DNA from: Luteirhabdus salina
Lineage (GTDB): Bacteria > Bacteroidota > Bacteroidia > Flavobacteriales > Flavobacteriaceae
Assembly (NCBI GenBank): GCA_025384855.1
Contig: JALAHT010000001.1
Span: 561,064-625,063, forward strand
Direction: 5' to 3'
DNA: 64,000 nucleotides
Shown here: positions 48,272 through 58,775 of the stretch, one piece after another
How the letters are laid out: each line of letters opens with the position of its first letter
Position numbering within the stretch: the first letter of the stretch is position 1
Notes under the pieces: model-generated
What the model was told of the DNA's origin: nothing
Databases searched by the model: none
The model's input: only the letters and a program-made list of their open reading frames with translations
Position numbers and translations under genes: made by a program

Positions 48272-48724
48272 ATGAAGATTGTAAAAATCATAGCGGGAAT
48301 TCTTTTGGTGGCGCTTGTGCTCATTCAGTTTATTCCGGTGAACTATAACCAAAACGATACCGTGCCCCAAACAGATTTTATGGTGGTGCATAAGGTTCCG
48401 GAGGCTATTCAGAAAAAGATACAGGTTTCCTGCTATGATTGTCACAGTAACAACACCCAATATCCTTGGTATAATCGAGTTCAGCCAGTTGCTTGGTTCT
48501 TGGAAGACCACATTAAAGAAGGTAAGGCAGAGCTAAATTTCAACGAATGGGATTCATTGTCAAGTCGCAGAAAGACAAGTAAATTAAGGTCTATCATCAA
48601 GCAAATTGAAAGTGGTGAGATGCCCTTGAATTCATACACCTTAATTCATAGAGACGCCAAGTTCTCGAAAGAAGAAACGGAAGAAATCATCAATTGGGTA
48701 ACACAATTAAAAGACAGTTTATAA
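48272..48724 (+). CDS. Haem-binding-domain protein (CxxCH)
   Basis: TM/signal N-terminus. CYDCHS motif plus conserved [14 protein letters not shown]. Confidence 0.6.
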   Translation: MKIVKIIAGILLVALVLIQFIPVNYNQNDTVPQTDFMVVHKVPEAIQKKIQVSCYDCHSNNTQYPWYNRVQPVAWFLEDHIKEGKAELNFNEWDSLSSRRKTSKLRSIIKQIESGEMPLNSYTLIHRDAKFSKEETEEIINWVTQLKDSL

Positions 48725-48744
48725 ATAATCTAAAAATTAAAATT

Positions 48745-49299
48745 ATGAAAAAGATAAAAATGAGTATAGCAGCAATGCTATTGTTAACAGTTTCTTTTGT
48801 TTATGCACAGGAAAAAGATAAAATGGACCACATCAATATGAAAATGGACCATAGTAAAATGATGGATACCAAGACTGATGCAAAGGCAGAAGTAATTTTA
48901 AATGACTATTTCAACCTAAAAGATGCCTTGGTGGCTGATGATACCAAAAAAGCGGCACAATTAGGCACTACATTAGTGGCTTCCTTAAAAGCATTTGACA
49001 GCAGTAACTATACAAAAGAACAACAAAGCGAGCTGGCAGATATTATAGAAGATGCCACCGAACACGCCGTGCATATTGCCGAAAGCGCCATAGACCACCA
49101 ACGCGAACATTTTAAAACGTTAAGCAAGGATATCACGGATATGGTGGCCATTACTGGAACAAAAAATACATTGTACCAACAATTTTGCCCAATGTACGAT
49201 AATGGTAGCGCGTGGTTGAGCCAAAAGGGTGAAGTGAGGAATCCGTATTACGGGAGCAAGATGCTTAAGTGTGGCAAAGTAGAAAAGACTATTCAATAG
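48745..49299 (+). CDS. DUF3347 domain protein with His/Met-rich N-terminal region (paralog of 47654-48271). Start taken at MKKIKMS.
   Basis: [16 protein letters not shown]-terminal [15 protein letters not shown]…[12 protein letters not shown]. About 60-65% identical to the preceding paralog over the C-terminal 130 aa. Confidence 0.7.
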   Translation: MKKIKMSIAAMLLLTVSFVYAQEKDKMDHINMKMDHSKMMDTKTDAKAEVILNDYFNLKDALVADDTKKAAQLGTTLVASLKAFDSSNYTKEQQSELADIIEDATEHAVHIAESAIDHQREHFKTLSKDITDMVAITGTKNTLYQQFCPMYDNGSAWLSQKGEVRNPYYGSKMLKCGKVEKTIQ

Positions 49300-49989
49300 A
49301 TTATCCCTATCCAAGAAGTCCTTTTCTTGTTCTGGTTTATTAGTTAACAGATAGTTATAGAGTTTTTGGAGAATATAGAATAGTTTATAAGTCCTGTCGT
49401 GGGAAGGAAAATAATTGATGGTTAGTGTTAGTTCCTTCCCAAGTCAGGCAAAAATTTAAGTCCTAATAAGAGAGAGGGCACGTATTTCTGGTTGGTTTTT
49501 AAGGCCCTTTCTCTTAATTAGGCACAATAAATTTATTGAAAAAGAAAAGTTGATTTGGTTAATAGTAGCCCGAATATGGAAGAGACGATGCATCAATTAG
49601 TGATGATGAAGCTCTTCCCTTTCCGGGCAAAATAGAGGATTATTGAAAAAGAGAAGTTTAGTGAAGATTACTTGATTTTGGGAGGTGAGCATTTCAGATT
49701 GGTTTATTGGTTAATACCAGTTCGCCTCTCATCTTCAAGTATAACCTAATAATTTCAGTTTCATAATCTCAAGCTGAAAAAATATATAAAGTTGATGAAG
49801 GATTGCTGCAATACAAATAATGGCAAAGCGCAAAGTAAAAGTCCATTAAAGAAATGGACTAACTATATAGTGTATACAATCCTAACATTAATAATTGGTG
49901 GTGCATTGGCGTTGCAGTTTTTTGGTTAGAAGAATAAGCAAACTCGAAACAAAGACCTATGATGAGATTTTTACAGTTAACAAATAAGA

Positions 49990-50538
49990 ATGGATAAAGA
50001 AAAAGACATAGAAACCACAGAGGCGTTTTATGGGCAGCTTTTCAATAGCTCAAAGTATGTTCTATTGGTGCTGCTTATTGCTTCAGTAATCGAACTGTAT
50101 GCGCTACCTACTATGGAAGGGGTTTTGGCTATAGGTATACTTCTTGCCTTAACATTACTAAAAATAGGATTTATTATAGCCTTGTCCTTTAACCAATTAA
50201 TGAAGATAATTGGTCAGAGCCATCTATTGAGCCACGTACTGGTCTTGTTCGGATATCTGATTGTGTTGATAGTTTTATCGTTTACAATAGATTACACGGC
50301 GTTACAGTTTGTGGATGCTATTCATTTTAAAATGAACAACAGTATTGGCAATGATGGACTGTCGGTATTTTTTGATTTATCCTATTTTAGTTTGATAACA
50401 TTCTCATCAGTAGGATATGGTGATATAGTCCCAATTTCCTTACCCGCGAAAATCCTGGTGGCGCTTGAAGTGGCACTGCGGTTTTTCGTCCTGGTCTTTG
50501 GTATCGCAAATGTGAATAGAATTCGAGTAAATAAATAA
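49990..50538 (+). CDS. Two-TM potassium channel family protein
   Basis: K+ selectivity filter TFSSVGYGD between two hydrophobic helices. Confidence 0.75.
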   Translation: MDKEKDIETTEAFYGQLFNSSKYVLLVLLIASVIELYALPTMEGVLAIGILLALTLLKIGFIIALSFNQLMKIIGQSHLLSHVLVLFGYLIVLIVLSFTIDYTALQFVDAIHFKMNNSIGNDGLSVFFDLSYFSLITFSSVGYGDIVPISLPAKILVALEVALRFFVLVFGIANVNRIRVNK

Positions 50539-50556
50539 CCTTTAAAAACTAAAAGT

Positions 50557-51033
50557 ATGAAAACACTAAAATTAACTACGGTGGTAATGTTGCTCATAAT
50601 AGCGACAAGCCCACTATTTGGACAAGATGCAAAAACAGAAAAAGAAGCAGTGCTTACAGTAATGAAAAGCTATAAGGATGCCCTACAAAACCTAACGACC
50701 GATGGTACTTTCGAATTATTTACCGAGGATTCCGAGGTTTTTGAATCGGGAGGCGTCGAGGGTACGTACAGCCACTATATAGAACATCATTTAGGACCGG
50801 AATTGGGTCACTTTGAAAAATTCGAATTTACAGATTATGAAATCGATGCCAAGGTAGATGTACCCTATGCCTTTACTACCGAAACGTACATATATACCAT
50901 TGTCCTCAATCCGGACGACAAGGGAAATAGCCGGACCATAAAGAAAAAAGGGGTAGCAACCTCAATCCTTAAAAAAATAGATGGAAAATGGAAAATAATA
51001 AAAACCCATTCATCTTCAAGAAATACTAAGTAA
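50557..51033 (+). CDS. Secreted SnoaL-like/DUF4440-like protein (NTF2 fold)
   Basis: Signal peptide. About 140-aa alpha+beta-pattern domain. Family call tentative. Confidence 0.45.
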   Translation: MKTLKLTTVVMLLIIATSPLFGQDAKTEKEAVLTVMKSYKDALQNLTTDGTFELFTEDSEVFESGGVEGTYSHYIEHHLGPELGHFEKFEFTDYEIDAKVDVPYAFTTETYIYTIVLNPDDKGNSRTIKKKGVATSILKKIDGKWKIIKTHSSSRNTK

Positions 51034-51039
51034 CATCCG

Positions 51040-51618
51040 ATGAGTAGATATATTTCAATTAGTATAGTGTTCGGTCTTCTTCTTATTATCAGTTGTAAAG
51101 AGAAGAAAACCGAGCCATTGCCGGAACAGTCGAAAGAAAAAACCATAGAACAACCGCCAAAAAAAGTGTTAAGCCCCCACACCTCTGCAATGGCGACCAT
51201 TGGTAATGCGCACATCCATATTGATTATTCATCGCCAGGGGTTAGGGACAGGATGATTTTTGGTGGTTTGCTGGCGTATGACAAAGTCTGGCAAGCAGGA
51301 GCACATATGGCTACGTGGATAGAGACGGATACGGATTTAGAAATAGATGGTAAGGAACTGAAAGCAGGTAAATATGGATTTTTCACCATTCCTTCAAAAG
51401 AAGAATGGACCATCATTTTAAATTCCAATTGGAACCAGCACGGAAAGGATGAATATGACGAAAATGATGATGTGATACGGTTTAAGTTAAAACCTATTAT
51501 TGCGGATAGTCTAAAAGAACACTTAGAATATAGTATCCATAAGATTAGCGATACTGAAGGTGAGATAACATTGGCTTGGGAAAAAGTTAAAGTAGTAATT
51601 CCATTCAAAGTAAAATAG
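51040..51618 (+). CDS. DUF2911 domain lipoprotein
   Basis: Lipobox (IISC). Core …HIHIDYSSPGVRDRMIFGGLLAYDKVWQAGAH…. Confidence 0.6.
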   Translation: MSRYISISIVFGLLLIISCKEKKTEPLPEQSKEKTIEQPPKKVLSPHTSAMATIGNAHIHIDYSSPGVRDRMIFGGLLAYDKVWQAGAHMATWIETDTDLEIDGKELKAGKYGFFTIPSKEEWTIILNSNWNQHGKDEYDENDDVIRFKLKPIIADSLKEHLEYSIHKISDTEGEITLAWEKVKVVIPFKVK

Positions 51619-51704
51619 CAAGATATGGTCAACCAAAGCTCAATGATAAAGAAATTAAAAACACGTGTATCATCAACGAATAAAAAACTAATACAGTTTA
51701 AACC

Positions 51705-52931
51705 GTGAACGAATTTTTAAAACAATGGGGCGAAGCCGCCTATACGACTACCGGATTTTTCTGGATGGCGCTTTGGGCATTCATTTTGGGTTATATCATC
51801 AGTAGTATGATACAGATTTTCGTGACCGAAAAGAAGATGCAAAAAACAATGGGCGAAAACGAAGGCAAAAGTGTGCTTTTGGGCACGTTTTTCGGTTTTA
51901 TAAGTAGCTCGTGCAGTTTTTCTGCTTTGGCAGGTACAAAATCCATTTTTAAGAAAGGGGCAAGTTTTGTGTCTTCCATTGCCTTTCTGTTGGCATCGAC
52001 CAATCTCGTCATAGAATTGGGGATTATCATTTCCATCTTTTTGGGTTGGCAGTTTGTGGTGGGCGAATATGTAGGTGGTATTCTCTTGATTGGTATTTCG
52101 TGGATTTTGATACGACTCATCAATCCTAAAAAACTCATCGAAAAAGCCCGCAAAAGTCTGGAAAATGAAGATGATGATGAGATGGACGGTTCCAAAGATT
52201 GGAAGAAACAAATCAAGAACGAAGACAGTTGGGCGCGCGTTGCCAAAAAATACAAGATGGAATGGCAAATGGTCTGGAAGGATGTAACCGTAGGTTTTAC
52301 CGTTGCGGGTATTACAGCGGCTTTTGTGCCAGATTCGTTCTTTCAGACCTTATTTATCAATAGCGGTCAAGGCAATACAGATTTCACATTTTTCGAAATT
52401 CTGGAACATATCGTGGTCGGTCCGGTTGCCGCATTTTTGACTTTTATCGGTTCAATGGGCAACATTCCGTTAGCAGCGTTACTATTCGGAAAAGGCGTGA
52501 GTTTTGCTGGCGTAATGGCCTTTTTTTTTAGCGATTTGGTGGTTTTTCCAGTACTGAGAATCAATGCAAAGTATTATGGTTGGAAAATGTCATTGTTTAT
52601 CACGTTTTTATTGTTTACAGCATTAATTGGTACGGCATTGACGCTACATTATGGGTTTGATGCATTGAATATGCTACCAGATTCATCACAAGTGAAGATT
52701 CAGGATAGCGAATTTTTCAAGATTGATTATACCTTTTTCTTGAACGTTGCTTTTCTCATCATTTCGGCCTATCTCGTTTATCTGGGTTTTTTCAAGAAAA
52801 AAGATGTAGAACATTCAATGAGCGAGATGGTACCCAAAAGTCCATTGTTGGAAAGTGTTTTAAAATATGCAGCCTTCATCTGTTATATATGGCTTGCAGG
52901 AGGACTGATTGTAAAATTTTTAATCAACTAA
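51705..52931 (+). CDS. Predicted permease (DUF318 / ArsP-like family)
   Basis: About 10 TM helices in two repeats with cytoplasmic charged loop. Cys cluster SSSCSFSA in TM2 region. Confidence 0.65.
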   Translation: MNEFLKQWGEAAYTTTGFFWMALWAFILGYIISSMIQIFVTEKKMQKTMGENEGKSVLLGTFFGFISSSCSFSALAGTKSIFKKGASFVSSIAFLLASTNLVIELGIIISIFLGWQFVVGEYVGGILLIGISWILIRLINPKKLIEKARKSLENEDDDEMDGSKDWKKQIKNEDSWARVAKKYKMEWQMVWKDVTVGFTVAGITAAFVPDSFFQTLFINSGQGNTDFTFFEILEHIVVGPVAAFLTFIGSMGNIPLAALLFGKGVSFAGVMAFFFSDLVVFPVLRINAKYYGWKMSLFITFLLFTALIGTALTLHYGFDALNMLPDSSQVKIQDSEFFKIDYTFFLNVAFLIISAYLVYLGFFKKKDVEHSMSEMVPKSPLLESVLKYAAFICYIWLAGGLIVKFLIN

Positions 52932-52942
52932 AATTAGTGGCT

Positions 52943-53236
52943 ATGAAAACATTCGATACCCTTTCCCAAACAATGACCCACTTGCAAAAGAAAGGTTATA
53001 CCTACGATTTTAATTTATGTTCGGGACACATTGAATGTAATGCGCTAAAGCTAAAATTACATCCAGAGGATTTCGATGTAGATGAGATGCATCGTTTTGA
53101 AGGAATGAGCAGTACCGATGACAACAGCGTTCTTTACGCTATTTCATCAAAAAATGGAATTAAAGGATTATTGGTCGATGCCTATGGTGTCTATGCAGAG
53201 AATATTTCTGAAGCAATGCGAAAAAAATTAAGATAA
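52943..53236 (+). CDS. Small hypothetical protein (about 97 aa), recurrent in Bacteroidota metal-resistance islands
   Basis: Start chosen at MKTFDTL. No motif recognised. Confidence 0.45.
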   Translation: MKTFDTLSQTMTHLQKKGYTYDFNLCSGHIECNALKLKLHPEDFDVDEMHRFEGMSSTDDNSVLYAISSKNGIKGLLVDAYGVYAENISEAMRKKLR

Positions 53237-53237
53237 A

Positions 53238-55754
53238 ATGAAACATACCTATCACATACACGGAATGACCTGCAAAGGTTGCCAGAATCACGTCGAAAAA
53301 ACCCTTTCCAATATAGAGGGAGTAACCAGTGCATCAGTCAATTTGGAAAAGGCAGAAGCCATCATAGAAATGGATAATCACATTCCTATCGAGACTTTTC
53401 AAAAGATATTAAATGATGACGGCGGTACGTATTCTATCCACAAACCAGGCGAGCATCATCATAAAGAGGATTCCGCTTCCGCTAAAAAGCAAAAACCCAA
53501 AGATAAGGGAACGGGAACGTTCTATTGCCCAATGCACTGCGAGGGAGACAAGACCTATGAAAGGCCGGGCGATTGCCCCGTCTGCGGGATGGATTTGGTC
53601 GAGGAACAAAATTTAACCGCCACCACTTCCGAGCAATGGACCTGCCCTATGCACCCTGAAGTTGTTAAAGACGGACCTGGAGACTGTCCTATTTGTGGGA
53701 TGGACCTGGTGCCGATGAAACCCGATATTTCCGCAGAAGAAAAGACCTATAAAAAATTGCTCAAAAAGTTCTGGATAGCAGTCGCTTTTACATTGCCTAT
53801 ATTTTTCATAGCAATGTCAGAAATGCTGTCAAAAAATCCCTTGGAAAGTATTCTCGAAATAAAATACTGGAACTGGATTCAGTTTGTGCTTTCCCTTCCC
53901 GTTGTTTTCTATGCCACGTGGATGTTTTTTGAACGTGCGTATCGCAGTATCGTCACCTGGAATCTAAATATGTTTACGCTCATTGGGATAGGTACCGGAG
54001 TGGCTTGGGTTTTTAGTGTTTTCGGGATGCTGTTTCCGCAGCTTTTCCCCCAAGAATTTTTAACCGAATCAGGAACTGTATTTGTTTATTTTGAGGCGAC
54101 CACAGTTATTTTAACGCTCGTGCTACTCGGACAGGTACTTGAGGCCCGTGCGCACAGTAAGACCAATTCTGCGGTCAAGGAACTCTTAAAACTTGCGCCC
54201 AATAAAGCTATTAAGGTAGTCGATGGAAATGAAGAAGAAGTTTCCATCGACCAGATAGAAAAAGGAGATATATTACGGGTGAAACCAGGAGATAAAATTC
54301 CTGTTGATGGCAAAATTACCGAAGGAGAAACTACTGTAGATGAATCGATGATTTCGGGAGAGCCCATTCCAGTTAATAAATCTGTAGATGACAAAGTAAG
54401 TAGCGGTACCATAAACGGCAACCAGTCGTTCTTGATGGAGGCCGAAAAAGTAGGTAGCGACACATTACTTTCCCAAATCATCAAAATGGTAAATGATGCC
54501 AGTCGCAGTCGTGCCCCTATCCAGAAATTGGCCGATACGGTTTCAGGCTATTTTGTGCCAATAGTCATATTTATTGCGGTCATAACCTTTATCGTTTGGG
54601 CAATCTGGGGTCCGGAACCCGCTTATGTCTATGGGTTTGTGAATGCCATTGCCGTATTGATTATCGCCTGTCCGTGTGCATTAGGATTGGCAACACCGAT
54701 GTCCGTTATGGTGGGTGTTGGTAAAGGCGCTCAGAATGGCGTACTTATCAAGAATGCCGAAGCCCTTGAAAAAATGGACAAGGTAGATACCCTTATTGTT
54801 GATAAGACCGGAACAATTACCGAGGGAAAACCCACGGTGGAGAAGGTAGGTTCTTTTGATGATAAACAATTTAGCGAAAGCGAAATTCTACATTTTATTG
54901 CATCTCTAAACAGTTCCAGCGAGCATCCATTGGCCGAAGCTACTGTGAAATACGGAAAGCAGCAGAATGTTGAACTATCAAAAACCGAAAATTTCAGCGC
55001 AATAACGGGAAAAGGCGTAGAAGGTACTGTTGATGGCAAGAAGCTCGATTTAGGAAACGATAGGATGATGGAATATGCCAAGGCTACTATTTCATCTGCT
55101 ATGAAAGATGAAGCACAATCCTTTCAAAAACAAGGGAAAACCGTTTCGTATTTAGCTATTGATGGTAAGGTTTCAGGCTATGTCGTGATAGGCGACAAAA
55201 TCAAGAAAACAAGCGCCAAGGCCATCAAGGAATTACAGGACAAGGGGATTGCCGTGATAATGCTCACGGGCGATAACCACGATACAGCACAGGCCGTAGC
55301 ATCAGAGCTAAACCTTGCTGACTTTAAAGCCAGTATGTTACCTGAAAATAAGTTGCAGGAAGTTGAAAAATTGCAGAATGAAGGGAAGGTGGTCGCAATG
55401 GCAGGTGATGGCATCAATGATGCACCAGCACTGGCAAAAAGTAATGTGGGAATCGCTATGGGGACAGGTACAGATGTAGCCATAGAAAGTGCGATGATAA
55501 CCTTGGTAAAAGGTGATTTGCACGGTATCGTAAAAGCTAAAAATTTAAGCCATATGGTTATGCGAAATATCAAGCAGAATCTCTTTTTCGCTTTCATCTA
55601 TAATACCTTAGGTGTGCCCATTGCGGCTGGAGTCCTATTTCCGTTTTTCGGTTTGTTATTATCACCTATGATTGCAGCTTTGGCAATGAGTTTTAGTTCC
55701 GTATCGGTTATTGCAAATGCCTTACGATTACGTACCAAAAAAATCGATAGCTAA
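53238..55754 (+). CDS. copA: Copper-translocating P1B-type ATPase with N-terminal HMA and two CPxCG metal-binding modules
   Basis: HMA GMTCKGCQNH. Two CP(M)H…GDCPxCGMDL modules. TM CPC motif (ACPCALGLATP). DKTGT phosphorylation site. GDGINDAP hinge. Confidence 0.9.
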   Translation: MKHTYHIHGMTCKGCQNHVEKTLSNIEGVTSASVNLEKAEAIIEMDNHIPIETFQKILNDDGGTYSIHKPGEHHHKEDSASAKKQKPKDKGTGTFYCPMHCEGDKTYERPGDCPVCGMDLVEEQNLTATTSEQWTCPMHPEVVKDGPGDCPICGMDLVPMKPDISAEEKTYKKLLKKFWIAVAFTLPIFFIAMSEMLSKNPLESILEIKYWNWIQFVLSLPVVFYATWMFFERAYRSIVTWNLNMFTLIGIGTGVAWVFSVFGMLFPQLFPQEFLTESGTVFVYFEATTVILTLVLLGQVLEARAHSKTNSAVKELLKLAPNKAIKVVDGNEEEVSIDQIEKGDILRVKPGDKIPVDGKITEGETTVDESMISGEPIPVNKSVDDKVSSGTINGNQSFLMEAEKVGSDTLLSQIIKMVNDASRSRAPIQKLADTVSGYFVPIVIFIAVITFIVWAIWGPEPAYVYGFVNAIAVLIIACPCALGLATPMSVMVGVGKGAQNGVLIKNAEALEKMDKVDTLIVDKTGTITEGKPTVEKVGSFDDKQFSESEILHFIASLNSSSEHPLAEATVKYGKQQNVELSKTENFSAITGKGVEGTVDGKKLDLGNDRMMEYAKATISSAMKDEAQSFQKQGKTVSYLAIDGKVSGYVVIGDKIKKTSAKAIKELQDKGIAVIMLTGDNHDTAQAVASELNLADFKASMLPENKLQEVEKLQNEGKVVAMAGDGINDAPALAKSNVGIAMGTGTDVAIESAMITLVKGDLHGIVKAKNLSHMVMRNIKQNLFFAFIYNTLGVPIAAGVLFPFFGLLLSPMIAALAMSFSSVSVIANALRLRTKKIDS

Positions 55755-56464
55755 TGGTCAATAGAAAAACAGCAAAATGGATTCGAAAAGCCCACCGCTA
55801 CTTGGGTATCTTCCTGGGTATTCAGTTCCTGATGTGGACGATTAGCGGGATGTATTTTAGCTGGACGGATATTGACGAGATACACGGCGACCATTTCAAA
55901 AAAGAGATTCCTGAACAAACTGCATTTTCAGGTTTGGTGGGAAGTTCTCAACTAAATATTCAGGAACCGATTAAGTCATTAGAATTACTTGAAATAGCGG
56001 ATGCGCCCTATTATTGGATTAATGAGACTGTGCTTTATAATGCACTTACAGGAACAAAGAAAGACGAGCTCACAGAACAAGAAGCAATCAAAGTGTCAGA
56101 ACGCTATATGTTGGCAGATTTAGAATTTGACCAAATACGAAGAATTGAATCTGTTGGCGACCACCACGAGTACCGCGGACGACCATTACCTGCTTATGAG
56201 ATTTCATATAAAACCGATGAAAATTTAAAAGCCTACGTGGCGATTGAGAATGGTGCTTTTCAAACAGTACGTCATCGCGATTGGCGCTGGTTCGATTTTT
56301 TATGGATGACCCACACAATGGATTATCAGGGAAGGGATAACTTCAACACTATTGTTTTAAGAGCTTTTTCACTGTTAGGCTTGATAACAGTATTGAGTGG
56401 CTTTATCCTTTGGTATATTTCATCACCAACTCTTAGAAAATTAATTAAAAACAATCGTAAATAA
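55754..56464 (+). CDS. PepSY-associated TM helix protein
   Basis: N-terminal WIRKAHRYLGIFLGIQFLMWTISG motif. C-terminal TM. Confidence 0.65.
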   Translation: MVNRKTAKWIRKAHRYLGIFLGIQFLMWTISGMYFSWTDIDEIHGDHFKKEIPEQTAFSGLVGSSQLNIQEPIKSLELLEIADAPYYWINETVLYNALTGTKKDELTEQEAIKVSERYMLADLEFDQIRRIESVGDHHEYRGRPLPAYEISYKTDENLKAYVAIENGAFQTVRHRDWRWFDFLWMTHTMDYQGRDNFNTIVLRAFSLLGLITVLSGFILWYISSPTLRKLIKNNRK

Positions 56465-56485
56465 GTAACATTAAAATCAACTATT

Positions 56486-56974
56486 ATGGAAAATTCAATG
56501 GAAAACAAAAAGAAAAATCAATACACAAAATTTGTAGGAATGCTCGCTGCATCCTTCGTGGCTATGTACATCACAATGTACCTAAACACTTATGAGTGGG
56601 ACCACGTATGGTTCAGCCTAACCCGCTTTTATATGGTCTGTTTAGGGATTGCAGCGATGGCCATTATTATGTTTGTTGCAATGCGCGGGATGTACAAAAA
56701 CAAGAAAAAGAATATCGCAATTGTTTTAGGAAGTATAGTATTGTTTGTAAGTGCTTTGACCTTGGTGCGTGAACAAAAATCAACTGTGGGCGATGTGCTC
56801 TGGATGAAAGCAATGATACCGCACCATTCAATAGCAATTTTAACAAGTAAAAGAGCAGATATCAAAGACCCTGAAGCTAAAAAATTGGCAGAAGAAATTA
56901 TTGAGGCACAATTACGGGAAATCGCACAGATGAAAAAAATAATTTACAGATTAGAAAACGAAAAAGAGGAATAG
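56486..56974 (+). CDS. DUF305 domain protein
   Basis: MIPHHSIAI…EIIEAQLREIAQM matches the DUF305 conserved His-rich core. TM N-terminus. Confidence 0.7.
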   Translation: MENSMENKKKNQYTKFVGMLAASFVAMYITMYLNTYEWDHVWFSLTRFYMVCLGIAAMAIIMFVAMRGMYKNKKKNIAIVLGSIVLFVSALTLVREQKSTVGDVLWMKAMIPHHSIAILTSKRADIKDPEAKKLAEEIIEAQLREIAQMKKIIYRLENEKEE

Positions 56975-57005
56975 TACGAGTACTAATTTCTATAAAATTA
57001 TTATT

Positions 57006-58748
57006 ATGAAAAAGAACATTATTTATATAAGTATTGCAGTTATCGCAGGCTTATTGGCAGGATATCTCATATTCGGAAATTCAGGAACAGAACAAAATGC
57101 TGTTAAGGATTTATCCGATATGTCAGATACCCACGACCATTCCGGCGAGTCGGAAAACCAAATGTGGACCTGCTCAATGCACCCACAGATTATGCAACCC
57201 GAACCAGGCGACTGCCCTATATGTGGAATGGACTTGATACCTGCCGAATCTGGTGCCGATGGCCTTGCAATGAATGAGATTAAAATGACAGAGAACGCAA
57301 TGGCACTGGCCAACATTCAAACTACTATAGTGGGTAATGGTACAATGTCTGAAGCCGATGGGATGATTTCACTTTCGGGCAAAATCGATACCAACGAAGA
57401 AAACAATGCCGTACAAGCAAGCTATTTTGATGGGCGTATCGAACGTTTGAATGTCAATTATGAAGGCCAAAAAGTAAATCGTGGTCAATTGCTGGCCACC
57501 ATTTATGCGCCAAATTTGGTCGCTGCACAGCAAGAATTGCTCACAACAGCTTCATTAAAAGAATCGCAGCCTGAACTGTATAAAGCAGTTCGAAATAAAT
57601 TGAAAAATTGGAAGCTTTCCGATAACCAGATTAATGCCATAGAATCCTCTGGAAATGTACGCGATAATTTTCCTGTATATGCCACTGTTTCAGGAACGGT
57701 TTCAGAAGTGATGGCACGTGAAGGCGACTATGTAAAACAAGGTCAGCCTATTTTGAAGGTAAGCAATTTGAATTCGGTTTGGGCAGAATTTGATGCCTAT
57801 GAAAATCAAATTTCAGATTTAAAAGTAGGTCAGAAAATAAAGGTAGTAACCAATGCCTATACCAATAAAGAATTTGACGCCACGATTTCGTTTATTGACC
57901 CCATACTTAACAATGCAACAAGAACGGTTACCGTTAGAGCAACACTTAAAAATACAGAAGACCTATTTAAACCAGGTATGTTTGTAACTGGCAAACTCAA
58001 AGGGGAAATGAAGATGAACAACCAAGTTATTACAGTTCCTGCAAGTGCCGTAATGTGGACAGGCGAACGCTCATTGGTCTATATAAAAACCAACCCCAAC
58101 GAACCTGTTTTTGAAATGCGTGAAGTAACCATAGGAAATCGAAATGGCGAAAATTATACTGTGATAGAAGGCTTACAGACTGGCGACGAGATTGTGACCA
58201 ACGGAACCTTTACAGTAGACGCAGCAGCCCAGCTACAAGGCAAAAAATCTATGATGAATCAGGGAAAAGAACAGGCACCTGAGATGCCTATGTCTCAAAT
58301 GAAAATGGAATTTACAGAGAATTTTCAAAAGCAATTTAAAAAGGCCCTCAAGCCTTATTTGCAGATGAAAGATGCATTGGTAGCGAGCGATGCCAGTCAA
58401 GTTTCCGCTTTTGCGAAAGCGACATCAACATTTTTAAAATCCGCTGATATTAAAAGTCTCGGTAGTATGGAACAATCACATATTAAGAAAAGTATCGAAA
58501 TGCTCGATGCCATTGCGGCGAATGACAACTTGGAAAATCAACGTGACCATTTTGTAATATTAAATGAAAATATGGTGCCCATTGCGATGAGTGTAAATGG
58601 AACTGATGCGATACTATACGTTCAGAAATGCCCAATGGCCAATAAAAATAAAGGCGCGGTCTGGCTAAGCACGGAAGAAGAAATTCGTAACCCTTATTAT
58701 GGCGATGCGATGTTGACGTGTGGTAGTGTGATTGAGGAAATAAAATAG
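57006..58748 (+). CDS. cusB: CusB-like efflux RND periplasmic adaptor (MFP) with N-terminal CPxCGMDL metal-binding module and C-terminal DUF3347-like domain
   Basis: MWTCSMHPQIMQPEPGDCPICGMDL. Biotinyl-lipoyl/beta-barrel MFP core. C-terminal …YVQKCPMANKNKGAVWLSTEEEIRNPYYGDAMLTCG. Confidence 0.8.
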   Translation: MKKNIIYISIAVIAGLLAGYLIFGNSGTEQNAVKDLSDMSDTHDHSGESENQMWTCSMHPQIMQPEPGDCPICGMDLIPAESGADGLAMNEIKMTENAMALANIQTTIVGNGTMSEADGMISLSGKIDTNEENNAVQASYFDGRIERLNVNYEGQKVNRGQLLATIYAPNLVAAQQELLTTASLKESQPELYKAVRNKLKNWKLSDNQINAIESSGNVRDNFPVYATVSGTVSEVMAREGDYVKQGQPILKVSNLNSVWAEFDAYENQISDLKVGQKIKVVTNAYTNKEFDATISFIDPILNNATRTVTVRATLKNTEDLFKPGMFVTGKLKGEMKMNNQVITVPASAVMWTGERSLVYIKTNPNEPVFEMREVTIGNRNGENYTVIEGLQTGDEIVTNGTFTVDAAAQLQGKKSMMNQGKEQAPEMPMSQMKMEFTENFQKQFKKALKPYLQMKDALVASDASQVSAFAKATSTFLKSADIKSLGSMEQSHIKKSIEMLDAIAANDNLENQRDHFVILNENMVPIAMSVNGTDAILYVQKCPMANKNKGAVWLSTEEEIRNPYYGDAMLTCGSVIEEIK

Positions 58749-58775
58749 TTTAGAAATAGAAAATGATTTAATAAA

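Noticed and set aside
49300-49990. 690-bp gap with two about 19-bp direct repeats (ttattgaaaaagaaaagtt / ttattgaaaaagagaagttt at about 49533 and 49629) as a possible small gene or mobile remnant
   Set aside because: No ORF over 40 aa with plausible features. The repeats may be regulatory, but I cannot support a specific call.
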